From a virus: DNA of 64,000 bases. Both the position numbers and the translations under genes were made by a program. This document shows positions 19,793 through 30,155 of the stretch, one piece after another; position 1 is the stretch's first letter; each line of letters opens with the position of its first letter. The notes below the pieces were generated by a model. The model was not told the DNA's origin. It did not search any database and was given only the letters and a program-made list of their open reading frames with translations. The stretch is from the IMG/VR virus record IMGVR_UViG_3300033149_002817, positions 31,585-95,584 of that record; one strand, 5' to 3'.

Positions 19793-20617
19793 ATGCCGAA
19801 CATCCCGCAAGGTCCAACGAAGAACGAGAGCTTCGCGGGGCTCTCGGAGCACGCGCCGGCATACTCCGACATCGCACCGGAGACGTGCCTGCGGATCATG
19901 GACAAGGCGATGCTGGAGTGGCTGCAGAGCCTGCGCTTCCGCGGGCAGAAGCCGACCGTAGTCGCGGGGTGGAAATCACGCTACTTCAGCTCCGTGAAGG
20001 AGATGCATGGCGACAAGCGGCTTGGCGACAAGCAGCAGGTGCCGTTGCCGATGATCGCGCTCCTCAACCAGGGACTCGCGGTCGATCCTTCGCGATTCGT
20101 CTTCGGGAACGTGCGGCGTCTCGGACCTGGCGCTGCGAGCGAAACGAACACCATCTACCACGGCACACCACCGAACGAGGATGGCGTGCTCTTCCTCCCG
20201 TGGCCGATGCCGGTCGACATCACGTACCAGATCGAAATGTGGACGAAGGAGATGCAGGATATGCGGTACCTCCGCACTGCCCTCCTCATGCAGTGGTCTA
20301 CGCACCCGACAGAGGCATACCTCCGGGTTGTCTTCCCCGCGCCGTACGGAGAGAAGCTCATCCCGCTGCTCATCGAGCGGGACGACAACATCAGCGACTT
20401 GGAGCCCGGGGATCAGGAGCGACGTCTTCGGCATGCGCTCACGGTGACGATGAAGGGCTGGATCTTCCGCATGCCCATCCTGCAAAAGACGATCAAGAAC
20501 GCTCACGCCGTATTCATTGAAGGCAACTACGACGAGCTGGTGGACTGGTACTGCGACATCGATCACTACCACTTCAACGAGGACTATTCGGTGCTCGAAA
20601 GCATCGACGAGCCGTAA
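19793..20617 (+). CDS. Tail terminator/sheath stabiliser, T4 gp15-like
   Basis: PLPMIAL, PMPVDITYQIEMWTK, KGWIF; upstream of sheath. Confidence 0.75.
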   Translation: MPNIPQGPTKNESFAGLSEHAPAYSDIAPETCLRIMDKAMLEWLQSLRFRGQKPTVVAGWKSRYFSSVKEMHGDKRLGDKQQVPLPMIALLNQGLAVDPSRFVFGNVRRLGPGAASETNTIYHGTPPNEDGVLFLPWPMPVDITYQIEMWTKEMQDMRYLRTALLMQWSTHPTEAYLRVVFPAPYGEKLIPLLIERDDNISDLEPGDQERRLRHALTVTMKGWIFRMPILQKTIKNAHAVFIEGNYDELVDWYCDIDHYHFNEDYSVLESIDEP

Positions 20618-20625
20618 GGTGACAC

Positions 20626-21003
20626 ATGGCAGCCCCGACCGTACCCCCGCAGCTGCTCGCTTCGACGCAGGACGAGTCGAGCGTCACGGTGACACACATC
20701 CCGCCCGTCGGAGACGCGGAGTATGTCCTGAGTCGGGTGTACTACGGGCTACCAGGGGAATCGGGTACACTGTGGGGTACGTCGGACGCGCATGAGGCGC
20801 TGGCTATCACAGGTCTTGAGGCGTCCACGACCTACTTCGTGTACGCGGTCCCTGAGGACGTGGCAGGGATCTTAGGGCCTGCAAGCGAGGTCGTCGTCAT
20901 GGAGACGACGGTAGAGACGCCGAGTGTCGTGAGCGACCCGCAGACGCGGATTCTTCTGACGCTGAGCTTTTCAGACGGAGCGCTGACGAGGGTCGGCCCA
21001 TAG
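20626..21003 (+). CDS. Fibronectin type III-like protein
   Basis: SSVTVT..PP...Y...ITGLEASTTYFVYA..G..SE. Confidence 0.7.
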   Translation: MAAPTVPPQLLASTQDESSVTVTHIPPVGDAEYVLSRVYYGLPGESGTLWGTSDAHEALAITGLEASTTYFVYAVPEDVAGILGPASEVVVMETTVETPSVVSDPQTRILLTLSFSDGALTRVGP

Positions 21004-21021
21004 ATAGGGAGGAGCGGGAGC

Positions 21022-23295
21022 GTGGCAGTCTACATCTCTGCTGGTGTCTACATTCAGGAGCGTGATAACTCCCTGTACGCCCCCGCGATTGCTCCGACGG
21101 TCATGGGACTCGTCGGTACCGCGACGAAGGGGCCTCTCAACACTGCGACCCTCGTGACGACCGAGGCGCAGATGACCGACATCTTCGGCGTCCCGCGCAC
21201 GAAGGACATGGGCATGCACACGGCGCTCGAAGCGCTGAAGGAGTGCAGGCTCATGTACTACTGCCGGATCGCCGGTGCGAGCGCCGCGAAGGGTGTCATC
21301 ACTGTCGCGGACGACGGCTCCGGGGCGACCTCGGGATGCACACCACAAGCTGCGAATAACGAATACTACAACTTGGAGCCGAACGCGACGATCGTCTTCA
21401 CGGACAGCGTCACCGGCACCGCGACCTTCACGGCGACGGCAGCGAACATCACGTCGGGTAGCGCGGAGACGTACAACCTGACCGCCATTGCAGCTGCTGC
21501 TCCGGTCACGCTGACCATTAGCGTCGATCAGGGGCCGACGCAGACCTGTACGATCGCGTCCGGTGACGTCTCGAACTTCGCCGCGGTGACAGCGCTGGAG
21601 GTCATAACCCTCCTGAACGCCCAGATTTTCGGTATCCAGGCGACGGTCTCCGCGACCTCGGTGAAGATTGCGAGCGACACACGCGGTACCGGCAGCTACG
21701 TCGAGATCACCGGCGGTACGGCGAACGACGTTGTCAACGGCCTCAACTTCTCGACGACGCCTGTGCAGGGTACCGGCAACGTCGTCAGCATCGACGCGGT
21801 GACGGGCGCAGAGATCAAGACGATCGTCGAGCTTGCCATCGCGACGATTTCGGTCAGCCTCAGCGTCAACGGCGCGCCGACCTTCTGTACCGTTGCCGTC
21901 GGCATAGCGGCGGACATCGGCATCAGCGCGACCTCGACGGCGATCGGAGCAGCTCCTCTCATCTCCGTGCCGACAGGAATCACCTACACGGGCCTCGCGG
22001 CAGCGCTGTCGCAGAACACCATCAGCTTCACGGCGTCGTCGGAAGGCTCTCATTCCAGCGAGATCGACGTCGTCATCTCGACCTCGACGGTTCACGCGAG
22101 CCTCAAGAAGATCGTCGTCATGTACCGGGACGCGGTCGTCGAGACGTACGACGCTCTGTACAAGGGTACGGACCCGGCTCCGTCAGGCGTCACGTACTAC
22201 GAGATGATCACGACGCTCAACGCCGGTTCGACGGACGGCGCCTTTCCCGCGTCGGAGTACATCGTTGCGGCGGACCTCAACGCGGCGGCCGAAGACCCGA
22301 CGGACGGCACGAACACGCTCTCCGCAGGTGACGACGGTGACAACTGGACGACCGGCACCGTCATCGGCACCGTCATCGGCCAGACTCGCACCGGCATGCA
22401 GGTGTTCGGCGACCCCGAGCTGATCTACATCACGCTGCTCGCGACGCCGGGAATCGCCTACCCCGCGGTCATCGCTGAGGGGCTCAGCATGTGCGCAGAG
22501 CGCGCGGACTGCTTCTACATCGCGGACCCGCCGCAGAGCCTCACGCCCGCGGAGGTGGTCGACTGGCACAACGGCAACGCGGGCGGCGCCTACGTGGTCG
22601 ATCAGGAGGGCCGGAGCGAGGCTGGCGCGAACACGACGTACTTCAACAGCTCGTACGGTGGGCTGTGGCACGACTACTTCACCGCGTTCGACGCCTTCAA
22701 CGACGCGAACATCACGCTACCACCGTCGGCGACCGTGCTGCGCACCGTCGGCTACACCGACAACGTCGCGGATCCGTGGTGGGCGCCGGCCGGGCCGAAC
22801 CGCTCACAGACGAGCGCCGTCATCGCGCTGGCTTCCTCGCCGACGCAGGGCGAGCGTGACCTCATGCAGATGCAGGGGAACAACGTCAACCCGATCGCGC
22901 TCATCAGCGGAGCGGGCATCGTCATCATGGGGCAGAAGACGATGCAGAAAGCGCCGACGGCGCTCGACCGCGTCAACGTCCGCCGGCTCATGCTCTACGC
23001 GGAGAAGATCGTCGCGACGACGGTGCTCTTCCTGACGTTCGAGCCGAACGACCCGACGATGTGGCGGCGCTTCATCAACCTCGTGCAGCCCGTCTTCGAT
23101 GACATCGCGGCGAGACGTGGTCTCGAAGACTTCCGCGTGATCGCGGACAGCTCGACGAACACGGATGTGCTCATCAATCAGAACACCTTCCTGGGCAAGA
23201 TATTTCTCACGCCAACCAAAAGCGCAGAGAAGGTAATCGCCGAGTTCAATCTTTTGCCTTCAGGAGCGGATTTCACAGAGTACGCGCAGGCTTAG
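21022..23295 (+). CDS. Contractile tail sheath protein
   Basis: SAGVYIQERD, KGPLN, WWAPAG, GQKT, LDRVNVRRL, FEPND motifs. Confidence 0.95.
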   Translation: MAVYISAGVYIQERDNSLYAPAIAPTVMGLVGTATKGPLNTATLVTTEAQMTDIFGVPRTKDMGMHTALEALKECRLMYYCRIAGASAAKGVITVADDGSGATSGCTPQAANNEYYNLEPNATIVFTDSVTGTATFTATAANITSGSAETYNLTAIAAAAPVTLTISVDQGPTQTCTIASGDVSNFAAVTALEVITLLNAQIFGIQATVSATSVKIASDTRGTGSYVEITGGTANDVVNGLNFSTTPVQGTGNVVSIDAVTGAEIKTIVELAIATISVSLSVNGAPTFCTVAVGIAADIGISATSTAIGAAPLISVPTGITYTGLAAALSQNTISFTASSEGSHSSEIDVVISTSTVHASLKKIVVMYRDAVVETYDALYKGTDPAPSGVTYYEMITTLNAGSTDGAFPASEYIVAADLNAAAEDPTDGTNTLSAGDDGDNWTTGTVIGTVIGQTRTGMQVFGDPELIYITLLATPGIAYPAVIAEGLSMCAERADCFYIADPPQSLTPAEVVDWHNGNAGGAYVVDQEGRSEAGANTTYFNSSYGGLWHDYFTAFDAFNDANITLPPSATVLRTVGYTDNVADPWWAPAGPNRSQTSAVIALASSPTQGERDLMQMQGNNVNPIALISGAGIVIMGQKTMQKAPTALDRVNVRRLMLYAEKIVATTVLFLTFEPNDPTMWRRFINLVQPVFDDIAARRGLEDFRVIADSSTNTDVLINQNTFLGKIFLTPTKSAEKVIAEFNLLPSGADFTEYAQA

Positions 23296-23330
23296 GGTTA
23301 CGCAAGATGTGCGTTATATGACTGTCTCGA

Positions 23331-23369
23331 TGCTATACTCTCCCTATTGCTTGAAGGGAGGAAGGTATG
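23331..23369 (+). promoter_or_regulatory. Extended -10 promoter and SD-sequestering hairpin of the GIY-YIG gene
   Basis: TGcTATACT 23331-23339; ctccct (23340-45) pairs with agggag (23355-60). Confidence 0.5.
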
Positions 23370-24149
23370 ATCGAGATGGTCGTAGTGTATGGTCTGTCGG
23401 AGACGCCGGAGCGAGCAGGGATTCACTATGTTGGAGTCACATCCGATCCGCGTCAGCGCCTGTATCAACACCTAAGCGAGGCTCGCTGTACAACACACCG
23501 CGGGTACGACAGCCGAAAAAGTCAATGGCTCAGAGGTCTAACGCAGTCGCCGCACATTTTGTCCTTGGAGCGTGTGTCTGCCGAAGACGGGCGGGATGCG
23601 GAGCAACGTTGGATCATGTTCTTGCATACGAAGGGGAACGCACTCTTCAACAAGCTTTGGTTCGCAGCAACGTGCCCGTGGACGCGCGAAATTCGTGCGA
23701 ATATGTCGTTTGCTGCCAAGAAGCGGTATCAGGATCTTGGGCAGCGGCAAGCGTTGTCTTTGCGCGCGCAAGAACGAGCGAAGACAGACGAAGGGCGCGC
23801 TCATCTCAAGCGCATCAGCGCGCTCGGCGTCGCAACGATGAAGAACGACGAGAGCGCGCGTCAGCGGCAACGGGCGGGGCTCAAACACTCGTGGAACGAG
23901 ATGCCCCCGGAGCAACGCGCCGCCCGCGTCGCGAACGCGACAGCGGGTCTGAACGCTCCGGGCGTTCAGGAGCGGAAGGGAGCAGCCATCTCAGCTGCGA
24001 AGTTCCGACGTTGGGCACGGAAGGGATGGACGAAGGGGCACGTCGAGGTGATTATCAGTGAGAGTCGGAACCTCGACAGCGCTGCGGCGATACTTGGTTG
24101 TACTCGACCAACCCTTCGCCAGCTCCGCAAGCACTACGGTATCGGTTGA
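23367..24149 (+). mobile_element. Free-standing GIY-YIG homing endonuclease
   Basis: VYGL...HYVGVT..PRQRLYQHL; later conserved E and N; basic tail; inserted between sheath and tube. Confidence 0.8.
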
Positions 24150-24201
24150 CGGGATGATGAAGCGCCTCCTGTCCGGGGGCAGACGATAGAAGGAGGCAGC
24201 A

Positions 24202-24765
24202 ATGACGCTCATCAATGCTCAGCACCTCGCCCCGGCGCTCGGCTTCTTCGAGCCGCAGCGCACGTTCTCGTGGGTGCTGGAGATCGGCCTCGACGATGTT
24301 GGGGATCAGATCCTCATCATGCAGTCGTTGGAGTCGTTCGGCGCCCCGAAGGAGTCGAACGAGACCATCGAGTTGCACCACGGTAACGAGGTGCGGAAGG
24401 TCGCGGGTAAGGTGTCGTTCGAGGACATCACCCTCGTCCTGAAGGACTTTGTCGACTCCAAAACGGCGCAGGCGGTCGCGAAGTGGAGGAGGCTTGTCTA
24501 CAACCCCGAGACGGGCTCCGTCGGTCTCGCACGCGACTACAAGAAGTCCGCCGACCTCATCATGTTTGCACCCGACTTGTCGAGTGCACGTGTCTGGAAG
24601 CTCTTCGGCGTGTGGCCGAAGGATGTCGACTACGGCACGCTTGACATGACGTCATCCGACAAGGTGACGCTCTCGCTCACTCTGAGCATCGACCGGGTTA
24701 TGCCGGGCTTCGCCATCGCCATTCCGGCGGGCATCAATCAGGGGATGTCGCAGCTCCCGATCTGA
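24202..24765 (+). CDS. Tail tube protein, T4 gp19-like
   Basis: KVAGKVSFEDITL, W.L.GVWP, LSID; position. Confidence 0.9.
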   Translation: MTLINAQHLAPALGFFEPQRTFSWVLEIGLDDVGDQILIMQSLESFGAPKESNETIELHHGNEVRKVAGKVSFEDITLVLKDFVDSKTAQAVAKWRRLVYNPETGSVGLARDYKKSADLIMFAPDLSSARVWKLFGVWPKDVDYGTLDMTSSDKVTLSLTLSIDRVMPGFAIAIPAGINQGMSQLPI

Positions 24766-24782
24766 TCTACGGTTGGACAATG

Positions 24783-24821
24783 AGCCTACCGCGCCTGTGG
24801 CAGGGGATGCGGTAGGCTTTC
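24783..24821 (+). terminator. Terminator-like hairpin after tail tube
   Basis: agcctaccgc / gcggtaggct 10-bp stem followed by Ts. Confidence 0.65.
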
Positions 24822-24839
24822 GCACAGGAGGAGAGGACA

Positions 24840-25673
24840 GTGCTTGAGCAGCTCCAGGCTATGCAAGCGGACGTGCTGCGGGAGTGGATGCCCGTCACGC
24901 TACCGTCTCGTGGGTTCTACTACGGCGACAAGTGTCCGATGGGCGAGGTGCATATCACCCCGTGGACGACTGCGCAGGAGGAGGCCATTGCGCGACACAC
25001 GAGCGGGAAGGCAAGTCTGCTCATCCAGCAGCTCATGACTGGCAACATCAAGCTGGGCGAAGGCGGGTTGGCATACGACGACCTTCTTGTCACGGATCAC
25101 TTCTATCTGCTGTTTCAGCTTCGACGTGTCAGTCTCACGTCGCACTACACCATCGAGCGGAATTGCTCGTCGTGCGGGTTCGCGCACAAGATCAGCGTCG
25201 ACCTCGGCACTGACCTCCCCATCAAGGATCTCTCCGACGAACCGGTGATAGAGCCGTTCGAGGCGTTTCTTCCGCGTGCGAAGCAGACCGTCACGTTGCA
25301 ATTTCTGCGCGTCAGGGACGAAGCGGCCATGAACAACTACGCGGAGCGGAAGCTGCGGGAGGTGACAGAGACAGGTTCTCCGGCGACGCGTTTCCGTCAC
25401 GCGCGCCGCATCGTTGCCATCGACGGGAAGGATGAGCCGTTTCAGGAGCGTATGCAGTTCGTGGCAGGCTTACGGATGCTCGATCTGCAGGTCATGGACA
25501 TGGTGATTGAAGAGCACGAGACGGGACTCGTTCCCGAGATGACCAGCACGTGCCCCCGCTGCAACCATGTGGACGAGTGGGGCGTGCCGATGTCGGCGGA
25601 GTTCTTTCGTCCTTCAGCAGATGACATCAGAGCAGAGATCGCAGCTGCTAAGCTCGCTCATGGCGGAGACTGA
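24840..25673 (+). CDS. Baseplate hub assembly protein, T4 gp26-like
   Basis: LPSRGFYY, two CxxC pairs, FFRP near the end. Confidence 0.75.
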   Translation: MLEQLQAMQADVLREWMPVTLPSRGFYYGDKCPMGEVHITPWTTAQEEAIARHTSGKASLLIQQLMTGNIKLGEGGLAYDDLLVTDHFYLLFQLRRVSLTSHYTIERNCSSCGFAHKISVDLGTDLPIKDLSDEPVIEPFEAFLPRAKQTVTLQFLRVRDEAAMNNYAERKLREVTETGSPATRFRHARRIVAIDGKDEPFQERMQFVAGLRMLDLQVMDMVIEEHETGLVPEMTSTCPRCNHVDEWGVPMSAEFFRPSADDIRAEIAAAKLAHGGD

Positions 25674-25812
25674 TTTTCTCGTAGGCGAAGGTTACAGCTT
25701 CACCGAGGTCATGCTCATGTCGTCGTCACGACGACGCCGGATCTGTCAGGCGAAAATTGAGCGCGCTCGTAAGCGTGACGAGCAGATAAAGCACCAGCGA
25801 AAGGGCCGATAA
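25621..25812 (+). CDS. Small hub assembly protein, T4 gp51-like (possibly made by frameshift)
   Basis: FL...YS.TEV..M...RR pattern; overlaps the gp26-like end in the +1 frame. Confidence 0.55.
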   Translation: MTSEQRSQLLSSLMAETDFLVGEGYSFTEVMLMSSSRRRRICQAKIERARKRDEQIKHQRKGR

Positions 25813-27605
25813 TGGGTGCTGAAGTCGGCGGCTTCAACTTCGTCATCGGTGCGGACATCGAAGAGTTCCGCAAAGGGATTCAGCAGGTCCAGAAGGCGAT
25901 GAACGGGCTGGCGGGCCTTGCCGCGAAGCTGACCGAGGACTTCGCGAAAGCAGCTGGAGGTGACGCCCCGGCCAAAGGCTCGGGTGGCGGCAAGAAGAAA
26001 AAAGGGAAGTCGACGGGCGGCCTCATCGGGGCGTGGTTTGGTGATATCGGCGCCAAAGCGCTCGCAGAGGAGACGATCCCGGGGCTGGGCAAGGCGCTAA
26101 CTGGCCTTCGTTCACCGATCGTCGGGCTTGGCATGGTAGCCGTCGCGATGACGCGCGAGTGGATGGCGTTCCACAACGAAACCGACAAGTTCCGTCGCTC
26201 CGTTGGCATGACACGCGAGGAGATGTTCGAGACGCAGCAGGACTTGCTCGACGTGTCCATGCGCTATGGCACCAGCGTCAGCAAGCTCGCGAGCATCTTC
26301 ACGTTCGTTGCTACAGGTGCAGCGCGCTCCTCCAAAGAGATGGCAAAGATGGCGGGGCACTTCGCGGAGCTGGAGAAAGCCACCGGATCGTCACAGAAGA
26401 CCATCGTCGACTTCGGCCTTGCGCTGCGGCAGTCGCTGGAGATGTCTGAGGATCAGGCGAGAGCAACTGAGCTTGCGATCATCCGGTACTCGGGCATGTC
26501 GATGATGACTGACGAGGCGGCTCGCCAGTCAGCTACCGAGTTCATCGGCCAGACGAAGCAGTTCGGAGCAGACAAGCGGAGAAAGCTGTTCGAGCAGTAC
26601 ATCGCGCTCACTCACGCGGGTAAGCAACTCGGCGGGAAGGAGGAGAGTGAAGCGCTTGGCGCTGCTGCTATTGCTATGTTGACGAAGTCCGGTGGGCTCA
26701 CTGGCTTGGAGGTTCTTGAAAAACACGCGTTTGACTTGCAGAAGGCTCTTGAGCCGGTGTTCCTGCGGTTGGATGAAGCTGATAAGGCAGGTAAGGAGCT
26801 TGTCTTCGGTGAAATAGCGCGCGGAGCTGGAATGGAGGGCTTTGCGCGTCAGGCGCTGGAGGGTTGGAGGAAGATCAACGCGGGCATCAACGAGGGTACG
26901 AGTGCCCTTCAGAAGTACAAGAAGGCGCTCGTAGACACGCAGGGTATGACACCTGAGCAGGTACAGCAGGCGCTCGAAGGCATGAAAGGCCCGTGGCAGA
27001 AGGTGGACGACTCTATTGGTCGCATCAAGGGCCTCCTGTTCGACATCGTGACTGGACCTCTTCTGCCTGCGATCGAGGGTACGTTCAAGCTCGTTGAGAC
27101 TGCGCTCTCTGGTATTCTCAAGCTTGCGGCCTGGTTCAAGGGATCAGACAAAGCGGACGCTGAGACTACGCGCAAGGCTACGCAGGCGAAGCAGTGGAAA
27201 TCGGGTATCGCTGGTGAGGTTCAGGTGATCGACGCGCTCATGGAACAGATGCAGGGGCGGTGGGGTGGCCCCTCCGACAAGATGGTGACCGACGCGTTCG
27301 CGGACGTGCGACGGGATACGGTGCTTACGGCGGGCGACCCGTTCATGACGGGAACGAACGAAATGACGTCGCAGTTCGCTGGTGGTTTTGAGGAGACACC
27401 TCTCGAAGCTTTCCCTTCGTACAACCCTGCCGCTTACAAGCGGGGTACCGAAAGCACGATGCTTCACGCGTACGAGTCCAAGGCGCGAGCGAAAGAAGTC
27501 ACGAGCGCTATGGATCGGTTGACGGCAGCGCTCAATGAGGCGAATGCGGTCGATCGTGCTCGCGTGCGGCACGACGAAACTACAGCTGTACTCGGGGGAC
27601 CGTAG
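25812..27605 (+). CDS. Tape measure-like protein
   Basis: Helical A/G/K/E-rich; follows chaperones. Confidence 0.7.
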   Translation: MGAEVGGFNFVIGADIEEFRKGIQQVQKAMNGLAGLAAKLTEDFAKAAGGDAPAKGSGGGKKKKGKSTGGLIGAWFGDIGAKALAEETIPGLGKALTGLRSPIVGLGMVAVAMTREWMAFHNETDKFRRSVGMTREEMFETQQDLLDVSMRYGTSVSKLASIFTFVATGAARSSKEMAKMAGHFAELEKATGSSQKTIVDFGLALRQSLEMSEDQARATELAIIRYSGMSMMTDEAARQSATEFIGQTKQFGADKRRKLFEQYIALTHAGKQLGGKEESEALGAAAIAMLTKSGGLTGLEVLEKHAFDLQKALEPVFLRLDEADKAGKELVFGEIARGAGMEGFARQALEGWRKINAGINEGTSALQKYKKALVDTQGMTPEQVQQALEGMKGPWQKVDDSIGRIKGLLFDIVTGPLLPAIEGTFKLVETALSGILKLAAWFKGSDKADAETTRKATQAKQWKSGIAGEVQVIDALMEQMQGRWGGPSDKMVTDAFADVRRDTVLTAGDPFMTGTNEMTSQFAGGFEETPLEAFPSYNPAAYKRGTESTMLHAYESKARAKEVTSAMDRLTAALNEANAVDRARVRHDETTAVLGGP

Positions 27606-27606
27606 C

Positions 27607-28389
27607 GTGAAGCACCTCGACCGTACTCGGTTCCGTATCAGCCTTGAGCCGGAGTCGCTCATCGCGAGGAACAAGTACGACGCGCGTCTGTTTCTCGCGT
27701 TCCCCGAGCTACCGGAGACGATGAGCATCGCCAAGTCGGTGAACTACGCGGACGAGGTCATTCCGGGCTGGTCTGAGCCGCTCGTCGGATGGTCGAGCTG
27801 CGCGGCGACGACCATCGACTTCACGGTCAAGTTCGTCGCTACAGGTGAGAATACACCGAAGAAGAAACAGGTCAGCCCGCCCGGATCGTTTGAGACAACG
27901 GCGGCAGAAGACGTGGGGCAGGGTGTACTCGATGCTCTGCAGAACTTCCCTCTTGCCGTCCCGATGGTGGGGCAGGACGGCTACCCCTACGACAACACGC
28001 AGCCGCTCAGCGATCTGTCTGCAGTCGTTATCGACGAGGTGCTGACGAAGGCAGAGTGGCTGCTGGCGCTCACGCACCCACAGTATGACAACTCTGGAAA
28101 GCCATTCCCGCCGCCGATCGTCTGGCTGGAGTACGGGCAGAACTTCCGGCGTCGTGGCGTCCTCAAGAGTGTAACCCTTACGCTGCAAGGCCCCTGGCAT
28201 CCCGTGACGCTGCTATGTCAGCGCATCGACGCTGCTGTGTCGTTTCAGGAGATCAACCGCGGCCCGGTTGGTTACAGCAACGTCAGGCGGGGCATTCATT
28301 ACCCTGAGTCTAATCTCAACCAGTCCATCTATGCCGCGTCGCGCCCGAACAAGGACATTTTGGCACTGGCACGGTACAGTCAGGGGTAG
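27607..28389 (+). CDS. Tube initiator/baseplate-tube junction protein
   Basis: P...S..KS.NY...IPG.SEP and PPP motifs; position. Confidence 0.7.
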   Translation: MKHLDRTRFRISLEPESLIARNKYDARLFLAFPELPETMSIAKSVNYADEVIPGWSEPLVGWSSCAATTIDFTVKFVATGENTPKKKQVSPPGSFETTAAEDVGQGVLDALQNFPLAVPMVGQDGYPYDNTQPLSDLSAVVIDEVLTKAEWLLALTHPQYDNSGKPFPPPIVWLEYGQNFRRRGVLKSVTLTLQGPWHPVTLLCQRIDAAVSFQEINRGPVGYSNVRRGIHYPESNLNQSIYAASRPNKDILALARYSQG

Positions 28390-28392
28390 TGC

Positions 28393-28767
28393 ATGGCAAC
28401 ATCGGACGCTACGACGGTCCGCGTCTCACCGAGGTCGCGGCACCGCTCGACTCCGCTCTTTTTGGAGCGCTACGACGTTTCATCGGGAAGCACTACCGAA
28501 ACACGCTCTCGTACTTTTTACGGTACGTGGGAGCCTCCGACGGTGTTCGAGACGCGACAGCCAACTCTCTGGAAGGTGGAGGCGGACGAGGCGGGGCGAC
28601 CGGACCTGCTCGCGTATCGGCTCTACAAGGACTCCACGCTGTGGTGGGCGATCTGCATCCGCAACAACCTCTTCTTCCCTCTCATCGATCTCCGTGCAGG
28701 CATGACTGTCATCTGTCCGCATGTTGAGGATGTCATTGCGGGGCTCAACTCGGCAAAGCGCACATGA
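28393..28767 (+). CDS. LysM-like baseplate wedge protein, T4 gp53-like
   Basis: GRPDLLAYRLYKDSTLWWAIC..N....P...L..G. Confidence 0.85.
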   Translation: MATSDATTVRVSPRSRHRSTPLFLERYDVSSGSTTETRSRTFYGTWEPPTVFETRQPTLWKVEADEAGRPDLLAYRLYKDSTLWWAICIRNNLFFPLIDLRAGMTVICPHVEDVIAGLNSAKRT

Positions 28768-30155
28768 CCGATCGTACAATCGACGTTGGAAACCTGCGCT
28801 ATCCCTTCGTGGAGCTGCACGCAGAGACAGGCGACCGGAAGCGTGTACCGATCACGGTCGTGAACACTGCCGAAGAGGCGTTCGCGCAGAACACGCCGAA
28901 CAAGCTCGCCGTGGCGGTAGTGGACTTCTCATACACGACGGTGACGGGCGGCGCTGGCAGCACGATTTCCATGCGTGTTATTGACCCGTCATTCGACGGT
29001 TTGGAAACTCATTTCCTTCAAGCTGCAGGTATGCCTGTAGTGTGGTTCCGCTACGGTTGGCGGTTCAGCGACGGCACAGAGATGGCGTCTGAGCTGGCTC
29101 CGATGCGGGTCACGAACTGGGAAGGCGAGTTCATTGGTAACGCGACCTTTACGGCGGCGGCGCTCACCATCACCGCAATGGACGACTCGGCGCTGCTGGG
29201 TTCGCAAGCGACGCAAATCGGGCTGAAGTCTACCGACAGCATTACTGCTGGCATCTCTGACATCGTGAACGCAGCAAAGGGGGCAACGGCCGGCAAGAAG
29301 CTTGTCGTCGAGGTGCGCGCACCCACGACGACAACGATGACCGACGCTCTCAACAAGGCGCACGGCCGCACGCCGATCCGCTACATCAGGGATCTTCTCG
29401 CATATGCGTCAACAGACGAGCTGTTCTTGACCTACTACATGGAGTACAAGGACGGTGCTTGGCATCTGGTCATAGACGCGGTGAAGCCGACAGCCAAGCC
29501 GCAACGCGTCTACGTGTTCTCTCGTGATCGTCAGGGAGAGATGCTGAACTTCCGCCCGAAATACAGCGGACTCCTCATTCGCGGGATTGGGGGCGGGCAG
29601 GTGGACAGCGTAGCGACGGACTCATCTACGCTGACGGCAACGCCGAAGTCGTCTTCTGCCTCAACTGACGACGATCCGGCACATGGGAACTACTTCCCGC
29701 GCGACGACGAGATCGGCGCTCCGTCACGCATCGTCGCGCTCGCATCCCGGGAGCAGCAGCTCATAGACGCATACATTCGGTCCCGGAGGCGTCGGGCCGA
29801 CTTGGCGACGTACCCGGCGACGGCGGACATCGTCGGCGACCCGTTCATTCGTCCTATACGCAACGTGCTGGTCATCGTCTCCAAGGGGGCGCATGCGCTT
29901 CAGGCGGCGCAGGATCTGTTCCGCGAGGGCGACTACCATCACAGCACCGGGCTCTACACCGTCATGCAGATAACCCATTCGATCACGCCGGGCGTCTACC
30001 GCACGCAGCTGAACCTGCAGAGGGGCTCAACCAACGTCGGCGGGATCAAGGCTAAGGTGACGTCAGGAGATGGACCGAAGGGCTGGGTGCGAGAGAGAAC
30101 AGCGAAGACGGAGAGCGAAGTGGAACGCGGTGTGAAGTCTGTGGGGGCGGACTGA
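28764..30155 (+). CDS. Baseplate hub protein (gp27/GPD-like)
   Basis: FRYGW; IVGDP; TGLY.V..ITH.I..G.Y.T.L.L. Confidence 0.75.
   Translation: MTDRTIDVGNLRYPFVELHAETGDRKRVPITVVNTAEEAFAQNTPNKLAVAVVDFSYTTVTGGAGSTISMRVIDPSFDGLETHFLQAAGMPVVWFRYGWRFSDGTEMASELAPMRVTNWEGEFIGNATFTAAALTITAMDDSALLGSQATQIGLKSTDSITAGISDIVNAAKGATAGKKLVVEVRAPTTTTMTDALNKAHGRTPIRYIRDLLAYASTDELFLTYYMEYKDGAWHLVIDAVKPTAKPQRVYVFSRDRQGEMLNFRPKYSGLLIRGIGGGQVDSVATDSSTLTATPKSSSASTDDDPAHGNYFPRDDEIGAPSRIVALASREQQLIDAYIRSRRRRADLATYPATADIVGDPFIRPIRNVLVIVSKGAHALQAAQDLFREGDYHHSTGLYTVMQITHSITPGVYRTQLNLQRGSTNVGGIKAKVTSGDGPKGWVRERTAKTESEVERGVKSVGAD

Noticed and set aside
23296-24201. Group I intron around the GIY-YIG gene (also the two HNH genes)
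   Set aside because: Flanking genes look complete and the spacers are too short for an intron core
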